Source: Asterionella formosa | Lineage: Eukaryota | Assembly: GCA_002256025.1 (NCBI GenBank) | Contig: NKIB01013367.1 | Span: 1-58,748, forward strand | Length of the DNA: 58,748 nt | Reading direction: 5' to 3' | Part shown: piece after piece, positions 43,604 to 54,300 of the stretch | Layout: the number at the start of each line of letters is the position of its first letter | Position numbering within the stretch: position 1 is the first letter of the stretch | Position numbers and translations under genes: made by a program | The notes under the pieces: model-generated | Told to the model about the DNA's origin: nothing | Databases searched by the model: none | The model's input: the letters and a program-made list of their open reading frames with translations, nothing else

Positions 43604-44728
43604 ATGACTATACGAAATGACTGGTGCCAAACCTGTGAGGAGGCGTCTGACTATAATGCTGTGATTTGCTCGGTTTGTGGTGATTCGTTGACGTCGCGAC
43701 CAGCCCCTGCAGTCAGAGTTGTCAGATCAAGCACTCCCTCGACAATAGCACGTGCATCGCTACTCTTGCCCGAGCACATTGTTCAGCAAGTTCATGCATC
43801 GAATGATGAACTTACTGTTTTGCTGGCTGAATTAAGGCAGCAAGTGAGTGACTTACGAGATCACACCTTCGTGGCGCAACAACGTGCAGCAAGTGTGTTT
43901 GGAGACATTGAAGATTTGCGAGGAATTTTACCCCCAGAAGCCTTCGATCCCCAACAAGCGAGAGCGCCGAGTAGAGGAACAGCGAAAGAAACTCTGAATG
44001 CTTTACCAAGAATTACTGTGGAGAAGAAGTCCTCCATCTTGGCACAGGCTACCGTAAGCGTTTCTAGTGGTGGTCCACAGTTTGAAGCCGTTCTTGGAGA
44101 GTTTGGTCCACCTGCACCTCATGTATTTAAGAATAAAAAATTGGTTGTAGCATCGCCGAGAACTGGCAAGGGGGGACTGAGTCAAGATACTGTCTCAAAA
44201 GCCAACGAATCGATTCTATACATGGAGCGAGGGGGAGAGCTGACCTTTGTTAGGAAAGCGATAATGGCCCAAGAAGTCGGAGCGATTGCTGTCATCATTG
44301 GTAATAATACGAGCGCATCATGGCCCTATTCTATGAAGGACAGCAACGGAGAAGCGTCTTTACTTTCCCTGAGAATTCCAGTCGTTATGATCAAAGAAAC
44401 AGATGGTCAATTATTAGTCCAACGCTACCAGACTAATGCATCCACAACCTGCAACCTTGAAGTTAATTCTATCTCAAAGGAATGCATCATTTGCTGTGAA
44501 GAGTTTAGTTTAGGGCAAAATTTATTGCAATTGCCGGCTTGCGGCCACTTCTTTCACGAGAGATGTGCCCTGACTTGGCTGACCGAGCACAATTCTTGTC
44601 CATTTTGTCGACGACAGCTACCAACAGATGACCCTATTTACGAAGCCGAACGACGGCGGACTCAAAGAACTCATGCTGGTGGTTCTGGGGGCACTACAGA
44701 TTCAAATGGCGATTCATTCTATGGATAG
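43604..44728 (+). CDS. E3 ubiquitin ligase: N-terminal Zn ribbon + PA domain + RING-H2
   Basis: WCQTC...CSVCG; ILYMERGGELTFVRKAIMAQEVGAIAVIIGNN...IPVVMI (PA domain); CIIC...LPACGHFFHERC..WL..HNSCPFCR (RING-H2). Confidence 0.9.
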   Translation: MTIRNDWCQTCEEASDYNAVICSVCGDSLTSRPAPAVRVVRSSTPSTIARASLLLPEHIVQQVHASNDELTVLLAELRQQVSDLRDHTFVAQQRAASVFGDIEDLRGILPPEAFDPQQARAPSRGTAKETLNALPRITVEKKSSILAQATVSVSSGGPQFEAVLGEFGPPAPHVFKNKKLVVASPRTGKGGLSQDTVSKANESILYMERGGELTFVRKAIMAQEVGAIAVIIGNNTSASWPYSMKDSNGEASLLSLRIPVVMIKETDGQLLVQRYQTNASTTCNLEVNSISKECIICCEEFSLGQNLLQLPACGHFFHERCALTWLTEHNSCPFCRRQLPTDDPIYEAERRRTQRTHAGGSGGTTDSNGDSFYG

Positions 44729-45110
44729 TTTTGTTATTAGGTTACCGGTACTCGGACCATGCATATAAGATCATGTTTTATTTTTTTACAAGTAAACTAC
44801 CGGTATCACCTTCGGTTGTATACTTCTGCACTACCGGTAAATCGTATATATGTAGTAAAATAAAATCGTGCAGCTTCGAATCACCACCTGCTCACGACAC
44901 TTACCGGTACCAGGTACCTGGTAGTCTACCCGGTACCTGGTACTCTGCCTGTCGATGTTTAGCATACCCGTAGTAGGGTTACAGAATTTAGGGTTAAAAA
45001 ATATTCTGCGATCGGTGTTCGCAGGCTGCTGGGCAGGCGCGTTGTTGCAAAAACATGTTGTTGCATTTCGTATCGCTCCTCAGTTTCACTGCATAGAAGT
45101 CCCATAGACC

Positions 45111-46628
45111 ATGAGCTACTATATTGCAGCAATCTCGAATGGAGGCGGTGCTCCGGAGCAAGCATACCGCAAGATGCAGGCTGCTGGTGCCTGTCCGGAA
45201 AGGCCCTTCGCAGGTACGTTCATCAAAGGGCAACGAAGTTGGAAGATACAAAAGATCCGTTGATCATTGCTTCGTAGAAATATACCAGGGTTTGACATAT
45301 TTGGGACTTCTTTGACGATGCCATTTTCGGACCTTGCTGCAGAAGAACGTTCTAACAATTGTTAACCTCTGTATCATGCAGAAATGTTCAAGTTTGAAGT
45401 TCCGTCCTTGACGGTTGGAACGTTGGATACCTTGATGGTAAGCGGCAATATTGCATATCGCCTTTTGGTTGTCTCACCGCAACATTTGTAATAACATTGG
45501 CCTCTTGTCCGCATGTAGTCTTTGAGTGATGAGATGGTGAAAACTGATACTATTATCGAATCTATTGTGCGTAAAGTTGAAAAGACGGGAAGTGAAATGC
45601 TCGGAAAGATGACTGGTGAAATGACTGTTGGCGGCGTACCTGCACCTCGCTATATTCAGCAGTTTGCTTGGGACTATGCTAAGTACCCAAACAGACGACC
45701 TCTGAAAGAGCTTGTGTCATTGATTAGCGGTGGTGTTTCGGCTATTGACGAGGAAATGAAGCAGCTCGGAGCTTCGTTCGCTGAGAAGCAAACGCAGTTC
45801 ATCGATGCGCAGCGTAAGAAAGGAGGAAACTTGATGGCGGCAGATCTGAATGACCTTCTTACAGAAGATATTATGCGTAGCGTGCAGGTTCATGATACTG
45901 AATACTTGAAGACACTCTTCATTGCAATCCCAAAGAATATGAAAGAAAGCTTTGAGAAAGACGTTTACAAGCTTGGAAGTGATCTTGTCGGATTTGGAGG
46001 GCCTGATTGGAGTCGCGATCCTAGCAAACTAGGGGAACCTGTCAAGTTTGGATCCCTTGTTGACCGCCATACGGTTAAGGGATCCCCCGTTGTCCCTGGA
46101 TCGTTGCAACTGGTTCATAAAGATTCTGAGTCCTTTTTGTACGCTATTACTATTTTGAAAAGCCAATACGAGGCTGGATACTATGAAGGCGATGAATTCC
46201 AGCCTGGAACCCAAGTTCTCTTTACAACTGCGTTCGCCAAGGTGTGTCGTGAGAAGCGTTTTGTCCTTCGTGACTTCGCATATGATCCCACGCAATCATC
46301 CAAGTCGGCCATGCGACTTGAGCAACTCCAAGTTGAGGTTGAGGGTATGCGATCAGGTCTTATGCGATGGTGTAAGACGCATTATGGCGAGGCTTTTGTT
46401 GCTTGGATGCACATTAAGGTCATTCGCGTCTTTATCGAAAGTGTCCTACGTTATGGTCTTCCTGTTGACTTCACTGCTGTCCTCTACAAGGTAGCAGAAG
46501 GAAAGGCGGGCTTACTGACGGAGGCTCTTGACAAAGCTCTTGGCGCGCCAAAGAGCGAGGAAGAAAAGGATATGGAAGAGGAGGGTGATGAATTTCATGA
46601 TTTTGTTCTAATCAAATTTGATCCCTAG
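45111..46628 (+). CDS. ATP6V1C: V-type H+-ATPase subunit C (3 exons, 422 aa)
   Basis: Exons 45111-45213, 45382-45437 and 45519-46628 with GT-AG introns total 1269 nt. Motifs FEVPSLTVGTLDTLMSLSDE, F.WDYAKYP, TEYLKTL, WMHIKVIRVFIESVLRYGLP. Confidence 0.95.
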
Positions 46629-47090
46629 ACTGAGCTTCCCACAAATTCGGCCGTAGCTTGATGCAGAAACGTTGAAGCAACAAGCACCAAAGTATTGCAG
46701 AAAAGTAAATGAATTATCACCTTGCATTTGTGATTGCACAACTGTGAATACAGCAATTTAGTCATCGAATAGGCTGTTTCGGGTTGAGGATTTTTGTAAT
46801 GGTTCTACCATCGATCAAAGGTTAGCTTTGTTCAACATTATTCTGCTAGGCTGACATTTTGATGGAGGCAATTTGCTTCTGGTCTGGAAATCGTAGAAAC
46901 TTCCCTACTTCAGATAACCTGTCCAAGAGGCGAGGAACGCGAGAATCGCCTGTATGACACAAAGATGAAGGTGACAATAGTTTATCCGCAAGAACCCAAT
47001 GGAGCGTAGGGTACAGTTGCCATGAAAAATGTTGTTTGGTGGACCTTACATTGTAATAATATATGATAAATATACACAAAAATGGTACGG

Positions 47091-48173
47091 CTACTCCTCG
47101 TTTTCAGATTGTGCTTTACACATCTTCATGAATTCTTCAAACTTAGAAGCATCGCCTCCCGTCATACCAGCAATCTCTATTGTATCAATCGGAGCCCGAT
47201 AAGATGCCAATGGATCATGATGTATCTCATTTTCAGTTTCAACGGTTCGCATTTCAGGATGAGAATTGTCGATACACGGTACATCGCTTTCATCAACCTT
47301 CTGCCCAGCAAGGCCCATCAGTTCGTCCCACTCAAAACAGAGTGCGTCTGTTTGCAAGCCCCAAACATTGAAATCCAACAGCCATATACGTTCCTTCTTG
47401 TCAATGTATACGTCGAATGTATAATTGCTCGACGGAAACCGCTCTTGAACTACATCGTCAAAGAATTCAATGATTTGGGATCTCAAAAGCATTCGATCTC
47501 TTGTTACATGAGGAAAATGTTGTGTATGATTACGCTGTGAGATTGCGATTAGCTGTCTATCGAAGACGAAGCATCTAAATTCCATACTCGGGTGTAGATT
47601 GCACCATTTGCGTAGTGATAGTTTGAGTGTCAATTTTTCAGGTTTGTCATCATCAGCGACGCCATCAAAAGCATGAAGGACATCATGCATTACAAAGTCA
47701 CTACTCTTTAGCAGCAAATACACATCTCCGGGATACATGCACTTCAAAGTTCCTAAATTCACCCAAGTAGCGTCCTTGGGAGAAGACCAATTGAGTTTAG
47801 GCATGACTGCGCCACCGAGCTCGCAAATGGCCTCTTGAATCTCGTTGTTCAATTCTGGAAACGAATAGACTTCGGGTGTCCCGCTTTCTTCGTCAATATT
47901 TTCCTCATCACTCGACCATTCTACATTATCTAAAGAAGGTGTACACGATGAAACTTTTTCAGCTCCCTTCGGCAACCTGACGCCGTCGCTGATAAGGTAT
48001 GAAAGAAATGTATCTGGCAGCTCCAAAATCATGGATTTGATGGTCACATTGGTTCGTTCAAAGTTTTCTGACGGCAGGGAACGGAAGGTTTCGTACCAGC
48101 TAGCGAGCTGACAGCGCAAAATATCCTTGCTTGAGGGTTGAGCGAGCACTATCGGCTCAGTTGGTTCTGTCAT
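47091..48173 (-). CDS. CDC123: Cell division cycle protein 123 (D123 family, eIF2 assembly factor)
   Basis: PKLNWSSPKDATW, LLLKSSDF..HD, LRKW....PSMEFRCFV, ISQR, FDVYI, WLLDFN.W. Start is probably the ATG at 48173; in-frame upstream starts exist up to 48236. Confidence 0.93.
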   Translation of the reverse strand: MTEPTEPIVLAQPSSKDILRCQLASWYETFRSLPSENFERTNVTIKSMILELPDTFLSYLISDGVRLPKGAEKVSSCTPSLDNVEWSSDEENIDEESGTPEVYSFPELNNEIQEAICELGGAVMPKLNWSSPKDATWVNLGTLKCMYPGDVYLLLKSSDFVMHDVLHAFDGVADDDKPEKLTLKLSLRKWCNLHPSMEFRCFVFDRQLIAISQRNHTQHFPHVTRDRMLLRSQIIEFFDDVVQERFPSSNYTFDVYIDKKERIWLLDFNVWGLQTDALCFEWDELMGLAGQKVDESDVPCIDNSHPEMRTVETENEIHHDPLASYRAPIDTIEIAGMTGGDASKFEEFMKMCKAQSENEE

Positions 48174-48709
48174 GGTGGCGGGGAGACGAGTTTCCGAACA
48201 ATAATACATGACATGACTGAGAGGCATATGGACCACCTAAAAACTGAGATATTTTGGAAGATTTTGAACTGAGAGTCAACATTAAATCGAGTAAATTCAC
48301 GTTTTGGTCTAAATATGCTAGATACGACCATACTTCTTCAACGAATGTTGTAGCGATTTATGTAATAATCAATAAATGATCGTTATGTGAACTCGTAAAT
48401 TAGCTAGCAGCATACTTCCATATTTGCTTTGTCCCGAAGGTTGCTGTCGACAGAAATCGGATGAAAAAGCTAAATTTATTTATACTCCATTCACCTACAT
48501 AGTATCACTTTTTTAACAAATAAGCAGGCATTCAAATAAATTAATTTAGTGTCCGAATAGAATAGTTTGTCAGTTTACATAATTTGCAACAAGGTCATGT
48601 TGCATGCTCCAGTGTGCCAAAATATATCGATGTCATTCGAACTGGAGAACATCAACTGCGAATTCCTGGTGTGCCGCCTAAACTAACAAAAGTGACATGA
48701 ACTATAATT

Positions 48710-48960
48710 ATGAAACACACCACAATCACACACAAATCCATCACAAAATTGGAAGCTACTAAGAACAACAAAGCCTTGCAGGCTGCAAAGAACAAGAGCA
48801 GGATACCTTTTACGGAAAAGCAATCCTTACAGATCATTCTAAACAACATCATGCAAGAGCTTGAAGTTCAGAAAGCTAACAATGGTGGAAGAATGCCATA
48901 TGGTGCTACTATTTCTGAAATTGTCTTTGCTAAACAGAAAATTTTACCTTGTTGCCTGTC
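48710..48960 (+). pseudogene. Possible N-terminal fragment of a pogo-like transposase, truncated by the LINE
   Basis: 86 aa ORF with ...ANNGGRMPYG..SEIV..K..ILP, which resembles the N-terminal HTH region of stramenopile pogo-like elements. Recognised from memory only. Confidence 0.35.
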
Positions 48961-51900
48961 AATTCTCTGATTACCAGCACAGAAACAAAGAAGATCCTTG
49001 ACCAGTGGTGGGGAAATCATAGCATGCCATTTAGACTCAACAAAAAGGACTTGGCAAAGGATATTTGCGCAGGTTCTTTATAGTTTTTCGTTAAGTTTGG
49101 AAAACTTGTTCGCCCTAAGTAAATTTTTAAAATATTCAGTACCAGCCAGCCACCTACAGGGTTTCTACGAATCCCTTCACGAGAGGATCCACCTCTTCAC
49201 CATGGCGGACTCTCCTCCATCCCACGCTACCATCAACGCATTCACCTTCTCCTCTATTGGCAATGACGTCACCACTGGTGCAATCTCACCAATCCCCAAT
49301 ATGCATGAAAACGATGTCATGAACACGCAGAACAACCAGCATTCCCCCACAGAAGACCCAAAAGACAGCAAAGCGAATGACAGTATCCCGTTCTTACCAG
49401 ACGACGAAATGATTTTTAAACGTTTCTCTCGATGATTCCACTCCGCAAGCAAAGGATTCGGCACAGTGGAAAGAGGTCACATCGAAAGCAGCCAAGAGAA
49501 AGAGCTAAGGCTCACCATTGGCATCGCCGACAGCAGCAATCGGAAAAAACGTCACTATGAAGCAGCCACTCTCTCCTACAAATTCATTCGGATCATTGTC
49601 GCATATAGATATCTCCCTGCCCAGAACACCTCCAAAGACAAGTGTGATTGCTTGAGTCCACATTCCCTTATCTACGCTCCATCATACATCACTTGACACA
49701 CCGATTGCCAATGGTGCACATAAGGCGGCTAGGCATACAGATAAGAAACAACAACAGCTGTGATTTCCGACGATTCTACACCCCCTCGGCAAAGCCGCTT
49801 CAACTGCAAACCAACATTTGCTTGGAATCAACAAGGCCACGGTAGGCACAGACTCAGATACACCATCTACAGCGAAGACAGATCAGACGAAAGGACAAGA
49901 AAAAACAAATCAGATAAATTTCACAGACACAATCGACACTGCATCAGAAGATAAAAGAAAACCCGGACAGAAGGAATACTCGACGTGCTATCTAGATTTC
50001 CGGATCACTCGAGATCATCACTCTACTGATGAGACAATCATAACCATGATATTACGGGCTACATAAAGGGGGTACTCCTAAAGTCAACCCCAAAAATGAA
50101 GATACAACCACAAGAACAGGCTGAGTACATGCAAATTATTTCCCGCTTTAATGGCACATAACCTCAAGCAATCGACATTTGGGCAATTTAAAAAAAACTA
50201 CACAAGTGAAACATGAATGCATCGAACTTTTTTGGAATACTGAAGATACTGCACAAAGCATGCTGGACGATATTCTGCAATCCTTGACAGTAAAGAAATT
50301 ACTTGCAAATTCTCCCTCTCTAAATGTAACTGAATCTATTTTCGGCCTAAACCAAACTGTCATTGCAGGGGCACTGTATGGCTCATTAAAATGCAAGGAA
50401 ATCTAGATGAATGCCACCATGCTCAGTTAAATTTATTTACACAACAAGTGCAACACCTCCAAACCGATACAAAGGAACTTCAACAGACCATTTCTCAGAT
50501 GTCACTATGAGGATGCAACAATTAAATCAACTACATTTATCACCAGCAGTGCAGCGCTCCCCAAGCAGACCAACCGCGCGACTCAACAAGTTACACCAAC
50601 AACAGACCCACACCGCACTGGTGAAGCAAGCCAGGTGCGCAAGGAGAAATGACGATTATAGTGGAGCCATCAATTCACTCAAGGAAAAACCCTGGGGTCA
50701 CTATTTATACATCAGGTGACATACATCACATTCAACATCACACAAAACAGCTTCAGGACACAGGTATGTTAAACACTCAACAAGATGATTCTCAGCCCAT
50801 GATAACAGGCAGTATCTATTCATCCGAGATAGCACAACGCCAATGGGGAGATCGACACGAGGATTTAAATAATGATCACATAAGAAGGTTAGTTTTCCAA
50901 AACTTTAATGAAATAACTAGTTTTGCCACAGTACATGCAGAAAATCAGGCAAACCATATTAGATTACAAGGGCATCTAACAGGAATGAGTGAAACAAATG
51001 TAAATTGGAAAAACTACACCTTTCGCAATAGGTGGGAACAAAGACTGATGAAAGGTTATACTGAATTAAAGTTTTGTCATAGGTCCTGTGATGAACGGTC
51101 GGAAAATGCTTTGCAACGAGGAGGATGTAGCATGTCATGCACCTCATGCCTTCACTCGAGGCTCCTAGACAGAGGATCTGATGAGGACCTCTTCAGTCAA
51201 TGGGCATGGATGACGTTCAAAGGCACAGACAAATTAAATGTCGTAGTTTTCACAGCATATCAGGTCAGCCCAAAACATCATACAGGGTTAGGGGTGGCTG
51301 GAAACAGCATATATGCAACAATGGCGAAAGTTGCAATCTTTGCATCATGACAACTGCAATCCAAGACAACACTTCTGGGATGATTTACAAGCAAAAATAC
51401 ATTTGTTCCAAACCCATGGGGATAAAATCATTGTAATGGTCAACGTAAATATAGACTATGATGATGAAGGTTTCTCAACTTTCGCGCAGGACTGTCACAT
51501 GATTGATTCGCACGAGGACCTATACACCACAGCTTCTCCAGCAACATATACAAGAGGTCATTGAAAAAAAGATTATATTTTGGGGACGGAAAAAATATCA
51601 GCAGCAGTGCGTTATAAAAGGAGGAATGACATCCTTTGATGATGGATTAAAATTCTCAGATCATCGGGCACTGTTAATTGATCTTAATGAAAGCGACCTC
51701 TTTCCTGACAAAAGCAAAGATCCAACAGCGAGGAAGAATCGCGGGTTGAGTTCGAAAAACAAGGAACAAGTTAAAGCATATCTTGACATTGTTCATGCGC
51801 AGTTTCTTGCCCAAAATATATATGAGAGATGCATGAACGACGGAGATGGGGATATCTCAGGGGGTCCACGGCATTTCAAAAGGAGGCTGATCACCTAGAT

Positions 51901-54300
51901 CATCAAGTCACCATCATTGTTGTCCTACAGGCAGAACGCAAGAATACCAGAAAAAATTTTGGATATGGATGGTCTCCGAAATTGGCCAAGGCTGGTCAAG
52001 AAATTACTTTCTGGAAAAATTGCGTGAGGTGCTTTAAACAGGGTGTACGTCCTGCAACTCAAATGTCGCCAGCACTTACATGCAAAAATTATGGCATACA
52101 GAACCAGAAGAAGGAACAGAAGTTCTACCAAAATAAACTAGAAGATGCCTGGACTAAACTAACTTTGGTCCAGGACAATGCTAAAGCTCATAGGAAAGAA
52201 TATCTGGACCAGAAATGCAAAGAGGCGAGATCACAAGCAAGGAGACAAACCAAAGGCTGAAAAACTCCGGACAATTATTTCATCAGAATACTTAACCCGG
52301 TTATGGCCGAAACTAGTATGTCAATATGCTAAAGGAGAAATACGTACAGGTTTTAACAGGATTGAGAAGCCAATTTACGATGAAACAGGTGAAATTATAG
52401 AATTTAAGACAATTACTGACACAAATGAGATGCTCTATCAATTACTGCAACGGAATATGACTCATTTTGCACAAGCCCGTCATACCCTATTTGTTGAGGG
52501 GTGCTTCGGCGAAGTTCTTCATCTTTTTCAATATAATTCATTCTCTGAAACCATTCTCCAAGTACAGGTAGACTTATCAGAGTTTAACATCAATGCAGCT
52601 ATCATAGCTTTTATTCAGTAGATGGCATAACCACCCAATGAAACAGGAAAGGATGAAGTTTCGGTAGATATTTCGGTTGATGATTTCAAATCAGCAGGTT
52701 TCAAAACTACATCGGAGAAAACATCATCATCCCCCAGCGGATGCCATTTAGGTCATTGTCGCGCGGCATTGTCTTCAGATTATATTTGCATGGAGTACGA
52801 AATTTTAATGACAAAACCATTTAAGTTTGGTTTTACTTTACAACGGTGGACAAATGATCTCCAAGTCATGTTGTAAAAGGTCAAAGGTTCACCAAGGTTG
52901 GAAAAATTGAAGGTGATTAAATTACTTGAAGCGGATCTAAACATGAGTCTCCGAATAGTGTTTGGACGATTGCTCATTCATCTAAACGTGAGTCTCCGAA
53001 TAGTGTTTGGAAAAATGCTCATTCATCGCGCTGAGGATGGGAATAATACCACATCCTCGCTTCAATGGGGATCCAGACCCAATAGATCATCCACAGATGA
53101 ATCCTGATGAAGCGTTTGACTTAAGATGACATCAACATATGTAAGAAGGTCGCAATTATTTTTAATAATGATGGGAAGACCACATTCGATAGGATGATAC
53201 CTTCAGTGAGAGCAATCACATTAAGTTGACTAGGATCAAGTGAAAACGTGGTCTCTGCACTCCTGCAGAGTGCGATGAAATACACAGTTCGCACCACATC
53301 GGGTATATCAGATAAAGCATACTCAAATGTTCAAGACTGGGTATTGGGTACATTACAGGGTTCATGTGCATCTCCATGCTTGTGGTTGGCCATTTCATGT
53401 GTATTATTAGGAGCCAAATCAAAACGATCATCAGGGTACTAAGCCCTGATAAACCCACGAAGGACTAGCTCCCATACAAGATCTGCAGAGACATATGTCG
53501 ATGATACGGAACTGCTTCTGTCCATGTAACAGACAACTTTGGAGGAGCTGTCAAAAGAAATGCAGGAGTAGCTGGCACAATTTTGGGAGCAACTTTTGTA
53601 TACAACAGGTGGGGCTCTGGCGTTGTAAAAATGCTTCTTTCTTGTAGCGATGGATTGGAATTTTACAAAAGGTTCTAAGAGGAGGCCAGCAACATCTAGG
53701 CCAAACATTGCCAGTTGTACATCCATTCTCAACAAGTACCTGCAAACAGCCATGGGAGATTTTTTGTTACCCATAGACATTATGACAATGGGAAAGGTCG
53801 CCTTAGCATCCAATGGGTCCTTAATCTCCATAAATGAGACTGATATACAGCATGGGTGGAGACTTCACGATAAGAACACTAAATCTCAACCTATGGTCAC
53901 GGCTGGGTATGCAACGGGGGTCAGGAAATTTCTTGCCTACTCCCAGAGTTGTGGGGGGGGGGTTACTAGGAGGATTAGGATTAGCAGCCACAGTTCATAT
54001 TTTACAGTCAATTCCAAGGAGCCCTAGTCCACAGCGAATTCCATTGCCAATATACATCGATAATCAAGCGCTCATTTCTCGAATCAGGAAATGGAAACAC
54101 AGTGGCCCCTCAGGAAAACTTCACACAGATTTCGATCTGCTACAGGTAATAATGACATTGGCTGATAGCCATAACATTGATTTATTACCAGAACATGTTA
54201 AGGCACACGAAGACGAGGAAATTTCATGGAAGGCCAGATGAAACTGCAATTGTGACCATCAAGCCACGATGGTGCGGAATGCACACAATGTCTTGGCTCT
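48960..54300 (+). mobile_element. Decayed non-LTR retrotransposon (LINE with APE, RT and RNase H; Ambal-like diatom type)
   Basis: APE ~50870-51690: RLVFQN, GMSETNVNW, TAYQV, TY.RG, SDHR. RT ~52690-53640: SPSGCH.GH, IKLLEADLN, QWGSRPNRSS, ND....FDR, GTLQG...SP.LW, YVDDT. RNase H ~53800-54270: ASNGS, YIDNQ, HVKAH. Many stops and frameshifts; ORF1-like remnants ~49200-50700. Confidence 0.88.
52936..53025 (+). repeat. In-frame 45 bp tandem duplication within the LINE RT region
   Basis: TCTAAAC(A/G)TGAGTCTCCGAATAGTGTTTGGA...TGCTCATTCA occurs twice (52936-52980, 52981-53025). Confidence 0.92.
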
